In this document: one piece after another, positions 1 through 8,116 of the stretch | Numbering within the stretch: the first letter of the stretch is position 1 | How the letters are laid out: each line of letters begins with the position of its first letter | Origin: an archaeon | Lineage (GTDB): Archaea; Nanobdellota; Nanobdellia; Woesearchaeales; GW2011-AR9 | Reading direction: 5' to 3' | NCBI GenBank assembly: GCA_002688265.1 | Contig: NZCK01000014.1 | Span: 560-64,559, forward strand | DNA: 64,000 nucleotides | Program-made: the position numbers and the translations under genes | The notes under the pieces: generated by a model | What the model saw: only the letters and a program-made list of their open reading frames with translations | The model's database searches: none | What the model was told of the DNA's origin: nothing

Positions 1-294
1 CAAGACCCATACAAAAAAAAGTAACTGTTTTTCGAAGTTTTGATTTGTTTAGATTCTTGGCAAAAAAAGATTAAAGGTTTTAAGAAATAAAAATGTTGTT
101 TTTTCCAGAAGTTTTTATTGAAAAGTTATCTGTAAATTATCTTGCAAGATATTGATAAATTTTGAAGTTTTGATAAAATTTTGTTTTTGAAAAGCCCACC
201 TTTTTGGGTCAAATAAGTAGTTTTATACATATTTTTGGGGTTTTCCAGTAATAAATATGTGAAACTACGCATAATATACATTATACGAAGGATT

Positions 295-519
295 TTAAGG
301 GAAATAATTGCTATTTTGATTACAATTTGTCGGTTGTTCGATAAACTTATAGAAATTATCTATTGTAACGTCTTCTTGACTGATGCAATCGATTGAAGCT
401 ATTGGGTTTTTTATAGCACTTGGCAAATCAAGGAATAGTTCTGCTTGCGTTTCAGCCAGATAAACCGAACCAATAGTTAAGCTGCCCCACAATATCTTTT
501 GATAAGTTTCCATTCCCAA
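295..519 (-). CDS. hypothetical protein (weak)
   Basis: Only ORF over 60 aa in an AT-rich, ORF-poor 755-nt stretch. No recognisable motif; may be spurious. Confidence 0.2.
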   Translation of the reverse strand: MGMETYQKILWGSLTIGSVYLAETQAELFLDLPSAIKNPIASIDCISQEDVTIDNFYKFIEQPTNCNQNSNYFP

Positions 520-755
520 TAGGTTTTTAGTTTTCTTTTAATAATTTATGGGTGCAAGGTGTTTGTTCTAGAAATTGCGTTTTTTGATTAAAAGTTTTGA
601 ATATAAATATTTTAAGCAATTATTGGATTTTCCTTTATTCAAGTGGTCTTTGTTTGGTACCATTACTTATAATCTTTAATAATAAAACTTATAGTCAAAT
701 CTTAATATGTGTTTTTATCGGTTTTAAAAAAAGAATAAAAATAAAAATAATCTTA

Positions 756-1310
756 TTATTTCTTAGATGATGGCATCAAACATTCCCCATTAGAACACCC
801 ATAGAGACAGTTAATAACTTTCAAATTGGCATTAAAGCTCCATTCTGACCAGTACAAAAGTCCCCCATAATAGTAAGGAAGTGCGCTCTCCATACAAGAA
901 TGTTCAATAATATTAACTCCACTATCACTCCCCACATATGTAGAAAAACCAATCCCTTGATCATCATATGTTGTATCCCATAATTCTGGATTATCAGTAA
1001 ATAAAACATCTGTATTAGTTAGGTCAGTTTCAACTGGCAAATTGGTACATACATCCGGGAAGGAATAAGAATTTGAACTCTCAGCAATTTCTAAAGTTAT
1101 CTCCCCATAATTATAAACATCATGTCCACTATCGGTATCTCTACAACTTCCAATTTCATTTAAACTAGTACTTACTTCCAAAGTATCCTTATCAGAGATA
1201 TGACCACTTACTTCTCCAACATAGTGCCCTTGCCCAGCTAAAGTTTCATCTAAATCTGCTCCAAAAAATGCTGCACCAATTACTACAATAATTGCAGTAA
1301 ACATGATCAC
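756..1310 (-). CDS. secreted or membrane-anchored Cys-rich acidic protein, last gene of the surface cluster
   Basis: N-terminal hydrophobic segment FTAIIVVIGAAFFG, acidic body, several Cys including C-terminal CLYGCSNGEC. Co-directional with 1386-7924. The track start is GTG; an in-frame ATG lies at 1304. Confidence 0.55.
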   Translation of the reverse strand: MIMFTAIIVVIGAAFFGADLDETLAGQGHYVGEVSGHISDKDTLEVSTSLNEIGSCRDTDSGHDVYNYGEITLEIAESSNSYSFPDVCTNLPVETDLTNTDVLFTDNPELWDTTYDDQGIGFSTYVGSDSGVNIIEHSCMESALPYYYGGLLYWSEWSFNANLKVINCLYGCSNGECLMPSSKK

Positions 1311-1385
1311 AAAAATATCTTTCTTATCTATCTTTAAGACCTCAAATTAATTTAAAAAAACAAAATAAATAAATAATCTTATTGT

Positions 1386-2315
1386 TTACTCTGCACTTTC
1401 TTTAACTCTAAGAGTCTCACTTACTATATCACGATAAGTATAGTCTAAAGTCAAAGCAATTGATTTGGTATACAAAGCATCTTCATCAAGTGCGTCTGCT
1501 AGTTGACAGATAATCTCTGCTGTCCCATCAACCATTCTGGCTTCTCCTTCACGTCCACCACTTTTACATTCCCAAGAGAGAGAATCTTCAAGAGTGTAAC
1601 TAACTTGACTAAACCTATCATCAAATTCTTCTCCAACGATGGTAGATTCACCTGTATCAACGTTACTGATACCTATTTTTAACAACATTATTCCTTTCCC
1701 ACCACTATCTTGTTCAACACTAGTTACCGTAATTGGTGCTCCAGAAACTGAATAAGTTCTTCCTTCTGAAACTGTACAAACTCTTTCATCACTAGAATCA
1801 CCTTTAAAACATACATCATTAACAATCAAATATGTTTTGTAATCAAATTCGTAATCAACATACCAAGTAAGATCTTGATATCCAACAATTACTGCATTAT
1901 ATGTTGCATAATCATTTGGAGTAAAACTAATTACTTCTTCATCTCCACTAGGGTTAAACTCTGAAATCTCTTCTATTGTCTCAGAATTAGATTTTTCCCA
2001 GGAAGGGATGTTGCTAAAATCTTCTTGTGCAGGCCCTAGTAGTTCTAATCGAACTTCTCCTGCTGCAACCGTGTGTTCTCCTTCATTTGTTACAATAAAT
2101 TCTAATGGAAAATCTTCAGTATCATAAATTGTGTAATATCCATCTTCCATGATACTCATGGGTTCAAAACTAACTTCAATTCCAGACATTCCTCCAATAA
2201 ATGCTCCTGGGCTAGTTGTGTCTAATTCGCTTGAATTTCCAGAACATGCTGCTAAAAATACACTCAATGCCAAAATTGAAATTATAATTGCTAATCTCTT
2301 AACCATATGTGCCAC
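1386..2315 (-). CDS. lipobox-type secreted protein with two beta-sandwich-like modules (paralog 1)
   Basis: Signal peptide ending in LAAC-SG. h-x-h-x-N-x-G motifs FIVTNEGEH and IGISNVDTGES. C-terminal strand LTLDYTY...TLRV is shared with the neighbouring ORFs. Confidence 0.75.
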   Translation of the reverse strand: MAHMVKRLAIIISILALSVFLAACSGNSSELDTTSPGAFIGGMSGIEVSFEPMSIMEDGYYTIYDTEDFPLEFIVTNEGEHTVAAGEVRLELLGPAQEDFSNIPSWEKSNSETIEEISEFNPSGDEEVISFTPNDYATYNAVIVGYQDLTWYVDYEFDYKTYLIVNDVCFKGDSSDERVCTVSEGRTYSVSGAPITVTSVEQDSGGKGIMLLKIGISNVDTGESTIVGEEFDDRFSQVSYTLEDSLSWECKSGGREGEARMVDGTAEIICQLADALDEDALYTKSIALTLDYTYRDIVSETLRVKESAE

Positions 2316-2411
2316 CTTCTTTTTTTAGTAATAATAATTATTATCTTTTAAACCAAGCGATTTTGTTATAAAAACTCTTCGGTTAAATTAAACAAAAATA
2401 AATTACTTTTT

Positions 2412-2478
2412 GTTCAGAATCATTCAGGCACTGGTCAGGCTTATTCCACTCCAAACTGCTGCGCCCACGATTCTGAAC
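2412..2478. repeat. intercistronic inverted-repeat element (10-bp perfect arms, GC-richer core)
   Basis: GTTCAGAATC at 2412-2421 is the exact reverse complement of GATTCTGAAC at 2469-2478. The 47-nt core is visibly GC-richer than the flanks. It lies between the stop of 2506-3453 and the start of 1386-2315. Confidence 0.6.
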
Positions 2479-2505
2479 TTTATTAAGAATAATATAATAA
2501 TATAA

Positions 2506-3453
2506 TCATGGTGTTGCAATTACCTGAACACTTTTCTGAGTGCTATCCATATATTTATAATCCAATGTAATTATTAATGGGGTTTCATATGCTGTTGTTC
2601 CTATTATATTAAAAGTACAAACAATTTTTCCAACATCATTACTTAATCTTAGAATTCCATCAGAAGGAGTACAAGAAACTAAACTTCCTCCTGTCATCTC
2701 CACACTATAACTTACTCGATCTAAATCATCATAGTCAAGGTTACTTTCTCCACAATTAGAAATGTCTGCATAAGGGCTTAGAACTCGTCCTCCCCCTCCG
2801 TTATGAACACTAATTTCAAAAACTGCTGTGTCACCGATCATATCTACTCCTAGATATGACACGCTTACTGGGCCACCTTGGCCACCACCCATTGAAACGT
2901 CTTGTGGAGTACATGCTTTTTGTTCAGAGGTTATTTGATAAAATAGTGGATCAACACAAATACTAGGGTTTGCCCATGTTTGATAATCATAACACCAAAC
3001 CAGATTCAAACTTGGTGAATATTCTAAGGTTCCATAAGGTAGAGAAATACTTGAAGAGCTATATTCTACTTGATTCCATCCCCCATCTAAATTGTAAACA
3101 TTTTTTCCGTCAACTGGACCACAACTTTGAACATAATCCACTCCCATTATTATGTTTGGATCAAAACCTGTTACTTGTAGATAACATTCTGTTGCTCCAA
3201 CATCATATGCTCCTTTGTTTTCAACTTCTAAGAGCATTACAAAATCACTCACATCATACATAGTGTATGGAGGATAGTCATTAACAAAATCTACATCTAT
3301 TCCTTGTGTCCCGCTTTGTACTTGAGAAAGGACGTTTGCAGTGCTATCAGCGTCTTCTCCTTGTGGTATAACTGAACAAGAACTTAAAAAAAGAGTTGAT
3401 ATTAGCAATAGTACAATTGCTGTTCTATATGAAAAACCATCCATCACAATCAT
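2506..3453 (-). CDS. lipobox-type secreted protein with two beta-sandwich-like modules (paralog 2)
   Basis: Signal peptide with LSSC-SV. Motifs LEVENKGAYDV and ISVHNGGGGRV. C-terminal ITLDYKY...VQV strand. Several Cys suggest extracellular disulfides. Confidence 0.75.
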   Translation of the reverse strand: MIVMDGFSYRTAIVLLLISTLFLSSCSVIPQGEDADSTANVLSQVQSGTQGIDVDFVNDYPPYTMYDVSDFVMLLEVENKGAYDVGATECYLQVTGFDPNIIMGVDYVQSCGPVDGKNVYNLDGGWNQVEYSSSSISLPYGTLEYSPSLNLVWCYDYQTWANPSICVDPLFYQITSEQKACTPQDVSMGGGQGGPVSVSYLGVDMIGDTAVFEISVHNGGGGRVLSPYADISNCGESNLDYDDLDRVSYSVEMTGGSLVSCTPSDGILRLSNDVGKIVCTFNIIGTTAYETPLIITLDYKYMDSTQKSVQVIATP

Positions 3454-3580
3454 TAGCGAAGCAATTTTAGTTAATAAAGCTTACGTTAATTTTTTTTAAA
3501 TTAACGAAGTTTGTTAATTTCATTAACATAACTTACTAAAATTTCAGGGATTTACGAACTTTGTTGATATTATCAACTCT

Positions 3581-4528
3581 TTACCTTGCTTTTGTAATAG
3601 TAAGCGTTTCTGTATCATACAATTTGTAATCATAAGATAAATCCAAATACAAGACTTTTTCCATAGCTGGTGTGTTTGGATCAAAAGTATATTCGCAATC
3701 TAAATCTACTGATTGTTCTCCTGAATCAAATTCATATGAATATCCGTTTGATTCACCTTCTCCTTCAATAAATTCACAAACTAAATCTTCAGCTGTTAAT
3801 TGTGCATTAACTACACTAATTTCTTCAACTTCACCCAAGCCTTTGTTTTCAATATGAAATAAGAAATATGCTTTCCCTAATCTTTCTGAAACTGTTTGTT
3901 CAAACCCACTTACAACTACTGGGCTATATTGGGAATTTGCTTGCACTTCACTTTCTGGATTTTCACAATTTCCATCAACCACATTGTACAGTGAAGGATT
4001 AATACAAATTTCTTGTTCTAATTCTGTGTTGTAATGAAACTTAGCTGTTGCAAACAAAGTTACTTCTAATTCACTGTTTTCTACAGGAATTTCATTAACG
4101 AAGGCATCGAATTCAAAAATGTCATCATCGATTGCAACATTTTCATTGTTATATCCTAGTAGTTTAATATTATCGATAGTATCTGTTTGCCATTCAACTA
4201 AACCATCACTGTATGCAACAGACATTGTTAATTCTCCTTGGGTTAAGTCTTGCGATCCTTGATTTTCTAGATAAATATAAACATAAAGATCACTGAATTC
4301 TTCTATTCTGTCTCTTGGACCAATTTCAAATTCAGTTATTGCTGGTCCAGCATAGCTAGATTCATAATCTAATTCTACAATGTTCCCTCGAACTTCATCA
4401 TCACTACTATTTCCTCCTGAGCAAGCTGTTAATGTGATAACTAGTAATAGAATGGATAATAACAAAACATATCTTAGAGGTTTTGTGATAAACTTTGAAT
4501 TAAGTTGTTGCTGATTCACTTTCTTCAT
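3581..4528 (-). CDS. lipobox-type secreted protein with two beta-sandwich-like modules (paralog 3)
   Basis: LTAC-SGGNSS lipobox. Motifs IYLENQGSQDL and FHIENKGLGEV. C-terminal LDLSYDYKLY...LTI. The track start at 4582 lies 83 nt inside the upstream gene. The internal ATG at 4528 (MKKVNQQQ...) reduces the overlap to 29 nt. Confidence 0.7.
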   Translation of the reverse strand: MKKVNQQQLNSKFITKPLRYVLLLSILLLVITLTACSGGNSSDDEVRGNIVELDYESSYAGPAITEFEIGPRDRIEEFSDLYVYIYLENQGSQDLTQGELTMSVAYSDGLVEWQTDTIDNIKLLGYNNENVAIDDDIFEFDAFVNEIPVENSELEVTLFATAKFHYNTELEQEICINPSLYNVVDGNCENPESEVQANSQYSPVVVSGFEQTVSERLGKAYFLFHIENKGLGEVEEISVVNAQLTAEDLVCEFIEGEGESNGYSYEFDSGEQSVDLDCEYTFDPNTPAMEKVLYLDLSYDYKLYDTETLTITKAR

Positions 4529-6479
4529 CAACTGTTTCTTCGACTGGTTCTTCTGTTGACTCTTCCTCTGCCACTGTATCATATATATCCACCTCCATTC
4601 TAAATTTTCCTTTTATTTGATATTTATAATCTACATTTGCTATAAAATTATGAAATGAAATCCCATAGTCTTCTACGGTGTCTTCAACAGATTCAAAAGA
4701 AACGAAACATGATCCTAAGAAGACAGAATCTCCTTCATTGTTATCTTCTTCGATGTATGTGTTTTGTCCATAAGCACAACTGTCGTCGTCTCCTTGAATT
4801 TCTAATTCTCCTAACTCGAGGGAATAAGAAACTATTTCTGTAATCGTTCCATCTCCAATATTTTCTATATTAGAAGAGAGTACTGGATAATCATCAAGTT
4901 CAATTATTTTTTCACCGATAGCAAAATTTATTGCCACAAATTCGTCTGCATAATATGCATCCCCATTTTTTCCGTCTCCACTAAAAAAAGCTGATAACAA
5001 TTGATATTGGGTTGCGTCTCGCATTGGATTTTCTTCATCATATTGTTCTACTACTGCTCGCTTTAAGTATGAATGAGTCTGCATATTGAAGTCCATAGTT
5101 AACTCTAGGTTATAGTCTCCGTTTAAGTTTTCGGTTGGAGAACAAATAAATTCGTATTCATCACTTTCAGTAATTAACATACTGCCTTCTTCATCTAGCA
5201 ATCCATGACTCACAATTCCAGTTACTGAAGAGTCGTCTCTACCTCTGCCTTCAAAATTACAAGCAACATCAATTTCGAATTCTTTTTCGAGAGGATTTTC
5301 AATTCTAACTTCAACTGGATACATTAGAGAATTTTTATTCTCAGTTATTGTTTTTATTTCATCATCAAAATAACCACCTTTAGTTATTTCAATGTCTACG
5401 TGTTGATCTAAATCTGAACTTACTTGTCCATCTGCTGAGTTTTCCCAGTTTTCTTGGTCTTCGTATACTTTAGCCACACATTCATCATGTGCTGAGCTAC
5501 CTTCATCATATCCTTGGTTATGGCAGTCGGCGCTAATTTCTGCTGCCTCTTTTCTTTCTTCAATACAAACTGCCAAATCATTCATTCTTCCTTCCTTAAA
5601 ACAATGCCAATATGAGACTATTGGATTTTCTGTTCCCGACAATTGCTCACGATATTCTTCTTGTGTTGAAGCGAAGGTTGATGCATCAGGCACTAAACTA
5701 TTAGAATCATAACCAACAGTTGGTATCATTGGAAGTAAAAACACAAACACTATGTATATTACTCCAAGAACATGTAATATTCGCATTAAAGCATTTATTT
5801 TTGATTCTTTGTCTGTTGTATCAATTGGGAAGGTCATTATTCCAAAGAACGCCCACCATGGCATGAATAAAACTAGACTTTGAACAAGATCAGTTATTGG
5901 AAGTCCAATTGTATCAATTAAGAAAGGGATTAATCCAATGTCTAAAAAGAAGAATACAACTGGGATAAATCCATACAGTTCTGGTTGTATGCCTTTTCCT
6001 TTTGTAACTACATCAATTATTATAAGAACAAATGCTGATATCGTCAAAAAATAAATTAAAAAACTAGGCATATAATTTGCTTTAAAATAAAAGTACCATA
6101 CACAAAAAATTAGCATTGGAAAAAATACAACTATCCTATCAACTTGCACTTTCTCGGCCAGAGCATAACCTGCCATTACGAATAACACTAATGATAAAAC
6201 AAAAATAATGGAGCTTGAATCTCCTAATATTGGGCGTAATAAAAATTGAAATGTCCCTAATATTATCATGATGATGGACATGTTTTTTACAGCATTACCT
6301 GCTTGAGTTAATGCGAAGTTTCCAGCAGCAACTGCACCACCTGCAACCGCACTTCCAGCAGCACCAGCAGAGGAAGCCAATTGTCCTCCCATAGCAGCGC
6401 CTGCAGCTCCCGCTACCACGTTAATATAATATTGTAAGAAATTCTCCTTCCTATAACTAGTACCAACTAAGGTTTCCAT
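4500..6479 (-). CDS. polytopic membrane protein fused to the cluster-specific two-module ectodomain
   Basis: Gly/Ala-rich N-terminus (AGAAGAAMGGQLASSAGAAGSAVAGGAVAAG), then about 7 hydrophobic helices. The C-terminal half carries VRIENPLEKEF and NIENIGDGT motifs and an NVDYKYQ strand homologous to ORFs 1386-4528. Acidic tail. Confidence 0.75.
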   Translation of the reverse strand: METLVGTSYRKENFLQYYINVVAGAAGAAMGGQLASSAGAAGSAVAGGAVAAGNFALTQAGNAVKNMSIIMIILGTFQFLLRPILGDSSSIIFVLSLVLFVMAGYALAEKVQVDRIVVFFPMLIFCVWYFYFKANYMPSFLIYFLTISAFVLIIIDVVTKGKGIQPELYGFIPVVFFFLDIGLIPFLIDTIGLPITDLVQSLVLFMPWWAFFGIMTFPIDTTDKESKINALMRILHVLGVIYIVFVFLLPMIPTVGYDSNSLVPDASTFASTQEEYREQLSGTENPIVSYWHCFKEGRMNDLAVCIEERKEAAEISADCHNQGYDEGSSAHDECVAKVYEDQENWENSADGQVSSDLDQHVDIEITKGGYFDDEIKTITENKNSLMYPVEVRIENPLEKEFEIDVACNFEGRGRDDSSVTGIVSHGLLDEEGSMLITESDEYEFICSPTENLNGDYNLELTMDFNMQTHSYLKRAVVEQYDEENPMRDATQYQLLSAFFSGDGKNGDAYYADEFVAINFAIGEKIIELDDYPVLSSNIENIGDGTITEIVSYSLELGELEIQGDDDSCAYGQNTYIEEDNNEGDSVFLGSCFVSFESVEDTVEDYGISFHNFIANVDYKYQIKGKFRMEVDIYDTVAEEESTEEPVEETVDEESESATT

Positions 6480-6554
6480 TCATCATCCTCTTATAGATAT
6501 ATTAAGACAAATATTCTAGCATATAAAAAGCTTAGTGTAAATGGCATAAATATT

Positions 6555-6690
6555 TTGGTTGCCATGTTCGCCTCTTTGCCGAAACATACAACAACTATTT
6601 CAAATTTTCACAAGCATTTTTCTGCACCTGTACAGAAAAATCCCTGCGCAGTGAAATGGAAGAGCTCGGCCTGGCTTACATGGCAACCAA
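6555..6690. repeat. intercistronic inverted-repeat element (13-bp perfect arms, nested hairpin)
   Basis: TTGGTTGCCATGT at 6555-6567 pairs with ACATGGCAACCAA at 6678-6690. An internal 9-bp hairpin pairs 6616-6624 with 6633-6641. The core is GC-richer than the flanks and is followed by (TAA)7 at 6693-6713. Confidence 0.6.
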
Positions 6691-6721
6691 GCTAATAATA
6701 ATAATAATAATAAAGAAAAAC

Positions 6722-7924
6722 CTACTCCAAATCAACCAACAATTCTCTAACTTCCAAGGTCTTACTTGGTTGTATTGAAATTGCATTATTTCCACTAGTT
6801 ACATAATCACTTATGTCAAAAGAATAACTTGAAGAGGTTGTATCAAAATGTCTTTTGTATCCATTAATACTTACATAACCTGCTTTGGTTTCTCCTTCAT
6901 CGGCAAATTCTAAAGTCACTTCCACAGTATCATCATCATTTAATACACTTTGTTCTTCTTCATATGTTAGTTGGAAATAATAAGTTGGATATTCTACATC
7001 AATTAAATCAGACTTAACTTCTAAGTTATACAACACATAATCCCCAGTATCAGTTGAGAAATGTAAAGTATTTTGTCCAACGAATAACATTGAAGGGTCA
7101 AGTTCTACATCTCCCATTTGAACGCTACAATCTGGACTCGCTGAATACAAAGTGTAAGCACTATTCAAAGTAATAATCATTGTTCCTGAAGTATCACTTG
7201 CACAATCTGGTTGGAAACTAAAGACTGCGGTTTCCATGTTTTCATATTCAGTGTCTGATATACTAAACACGCCTGTAGCCTCACGATGAGAATTATCTGT
7301 AACATCTGATACAATAATTAAAGATTCAATACTAATTTCATTACTGCTCCAAAAAGCAGCACCAGGAGATGACGCACTAAAAACTAACTCGTTATCTTCT
7401 TGAAGTAATTCTGTTGGTAGATCAATGGTTACACTTTCTTCTCCAGTAAATTCTTGTTGCAACAAACTTTCTCCGTTCAATGTTAAAGATAAACTTCCGC
7501 TTGAATCAACTACTCTAAAACTAAGTAATGTGTCATCAACCAGATCGACATCATCAATTCCAAAAGACACTTCTGCATCAGTTGAGCTAAAAACACTGCG
7601 TTTTGCAAAAAGACTGCTTCTCTCAGTGAGTGTTTGAACCTCTGTCTCTGTATAGATATGCACCGAAGCTAGGCTATGTTCCACTTCATCAACGCTTAAG
7701 TATTCTATTTTTCCTGGAAATTCTTCAAGTAATAATTCTCCAGAACTACCTGTGCTATCTGAATCAGAATCAATATCACCATCTAAGATGGCAGCTCTTT
7801 CTTCTGGACTTACTAAGATTACATAAGATACCAGCATTGCCCCAATAATTGCAACTAGAACTGCTGCAGCCGCTGCAGCTTGAGCTTTTTTAGCAAAACT
7901 TCTCTTTCTACCACCTAAAACCAT
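6722..7924 (-). CDS. secreted acidic protein with pilin-like (class III-like) signal peptide, first gene of the surface cluster
   Basis: N-terminus RKRSFAKKA-QAAAAAAVLVAIIGAMLVSYVILV has a basic n-region, K at -2, A at -1, Q at +1 and about 23 hydrophobic residues. This is the archaeal prepilin pattern. The remainder is acidic and Ser/Thr-rich. Confidence 0.7.
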   Translation of the reverse strand: MVLGGRKRSFAKKAQAAAAAAVLVAIIGAMLVSYVILVSPEERAAILDGDIDSDSDSTGSSGELLLEEFPGKIEYLSVDEVEHSLASVHIYTETEVQTLTERSSLFAKRSVFSSTDAEVSFGIDDVDLVDDTLLSFRVVDSSGSLSLTLNGESLLQQEFTGEESVTIDLPTELLQEDNELVFSASSPGAAFWSSNEISIESLIIVSDVTDNSHREATGVFSISDTEYENMETAVFSFQPDCASDTSGTMIITLNSAYTLYSASPDCSVQMGDVELDPSMLFVGQNTLHFSTDTGDYVLYNLEVKSDLIDVEYPTYYFQLTYEEEQSVLNDDDTVEVTLEFADEGETKAGYVSINGYKRHFDTTSSSYSFDISDYVTSGNNAISIQPSKTLEVRELLVDLE

Positions 7925-8040
7925 AATTCAAATAAGCCAAGTCTAGTATATAAATATTGCTCCTTTTTGAACAATAGGCCCAAGTTATGTTAATTGAGAC
8001 TATGAATTATTTACTTAGTTAAGTGATTAAAAGGCATGGC

Positions 8041-8073
8041 CAATTTACAAACAATTTACAAACAATTTGCAAA
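8041..8073. repeat. three tandem 11-bp repeats in a divergent promoter region
   Basis: CAATTTACAAA, CAATTTACAAA, CAATTTGCAAA head to tail. They sit between the surface cluster (minus) and pelota (plus). Confidence 0.7.
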
Positions 8074-8116
8074 CATATTAATAAACCTAAAAAACCTAAA
8101 TTAAAAATTAGAAAAA

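Noticed and set aside
34-174. Exact 11-nt direct repeat GAAGTTTTGAT (34-44 and 164-174) and other T-rich repeats in the ORF-poor first 755 nt. I considered a replication origin or a degenerate repeat array.
   Set aside because: In very AT-rich DNA one 11-mer coincidence is not compelling. There is no ORB-like dyad, no regular spacing and no cdc6/orc gene nearby.
2970-7848. Plus-strand ORFs inside the surface cluster (2970-3263, 3672-3857, 4655-4843, 7425-7637 and 7630-7848).
   Set aside because: They lie opposite the long minus-strand ORFs, which show signal peptides and shared paralogous motifs. The plus-strand products are Ser/Leu-rich with no features.
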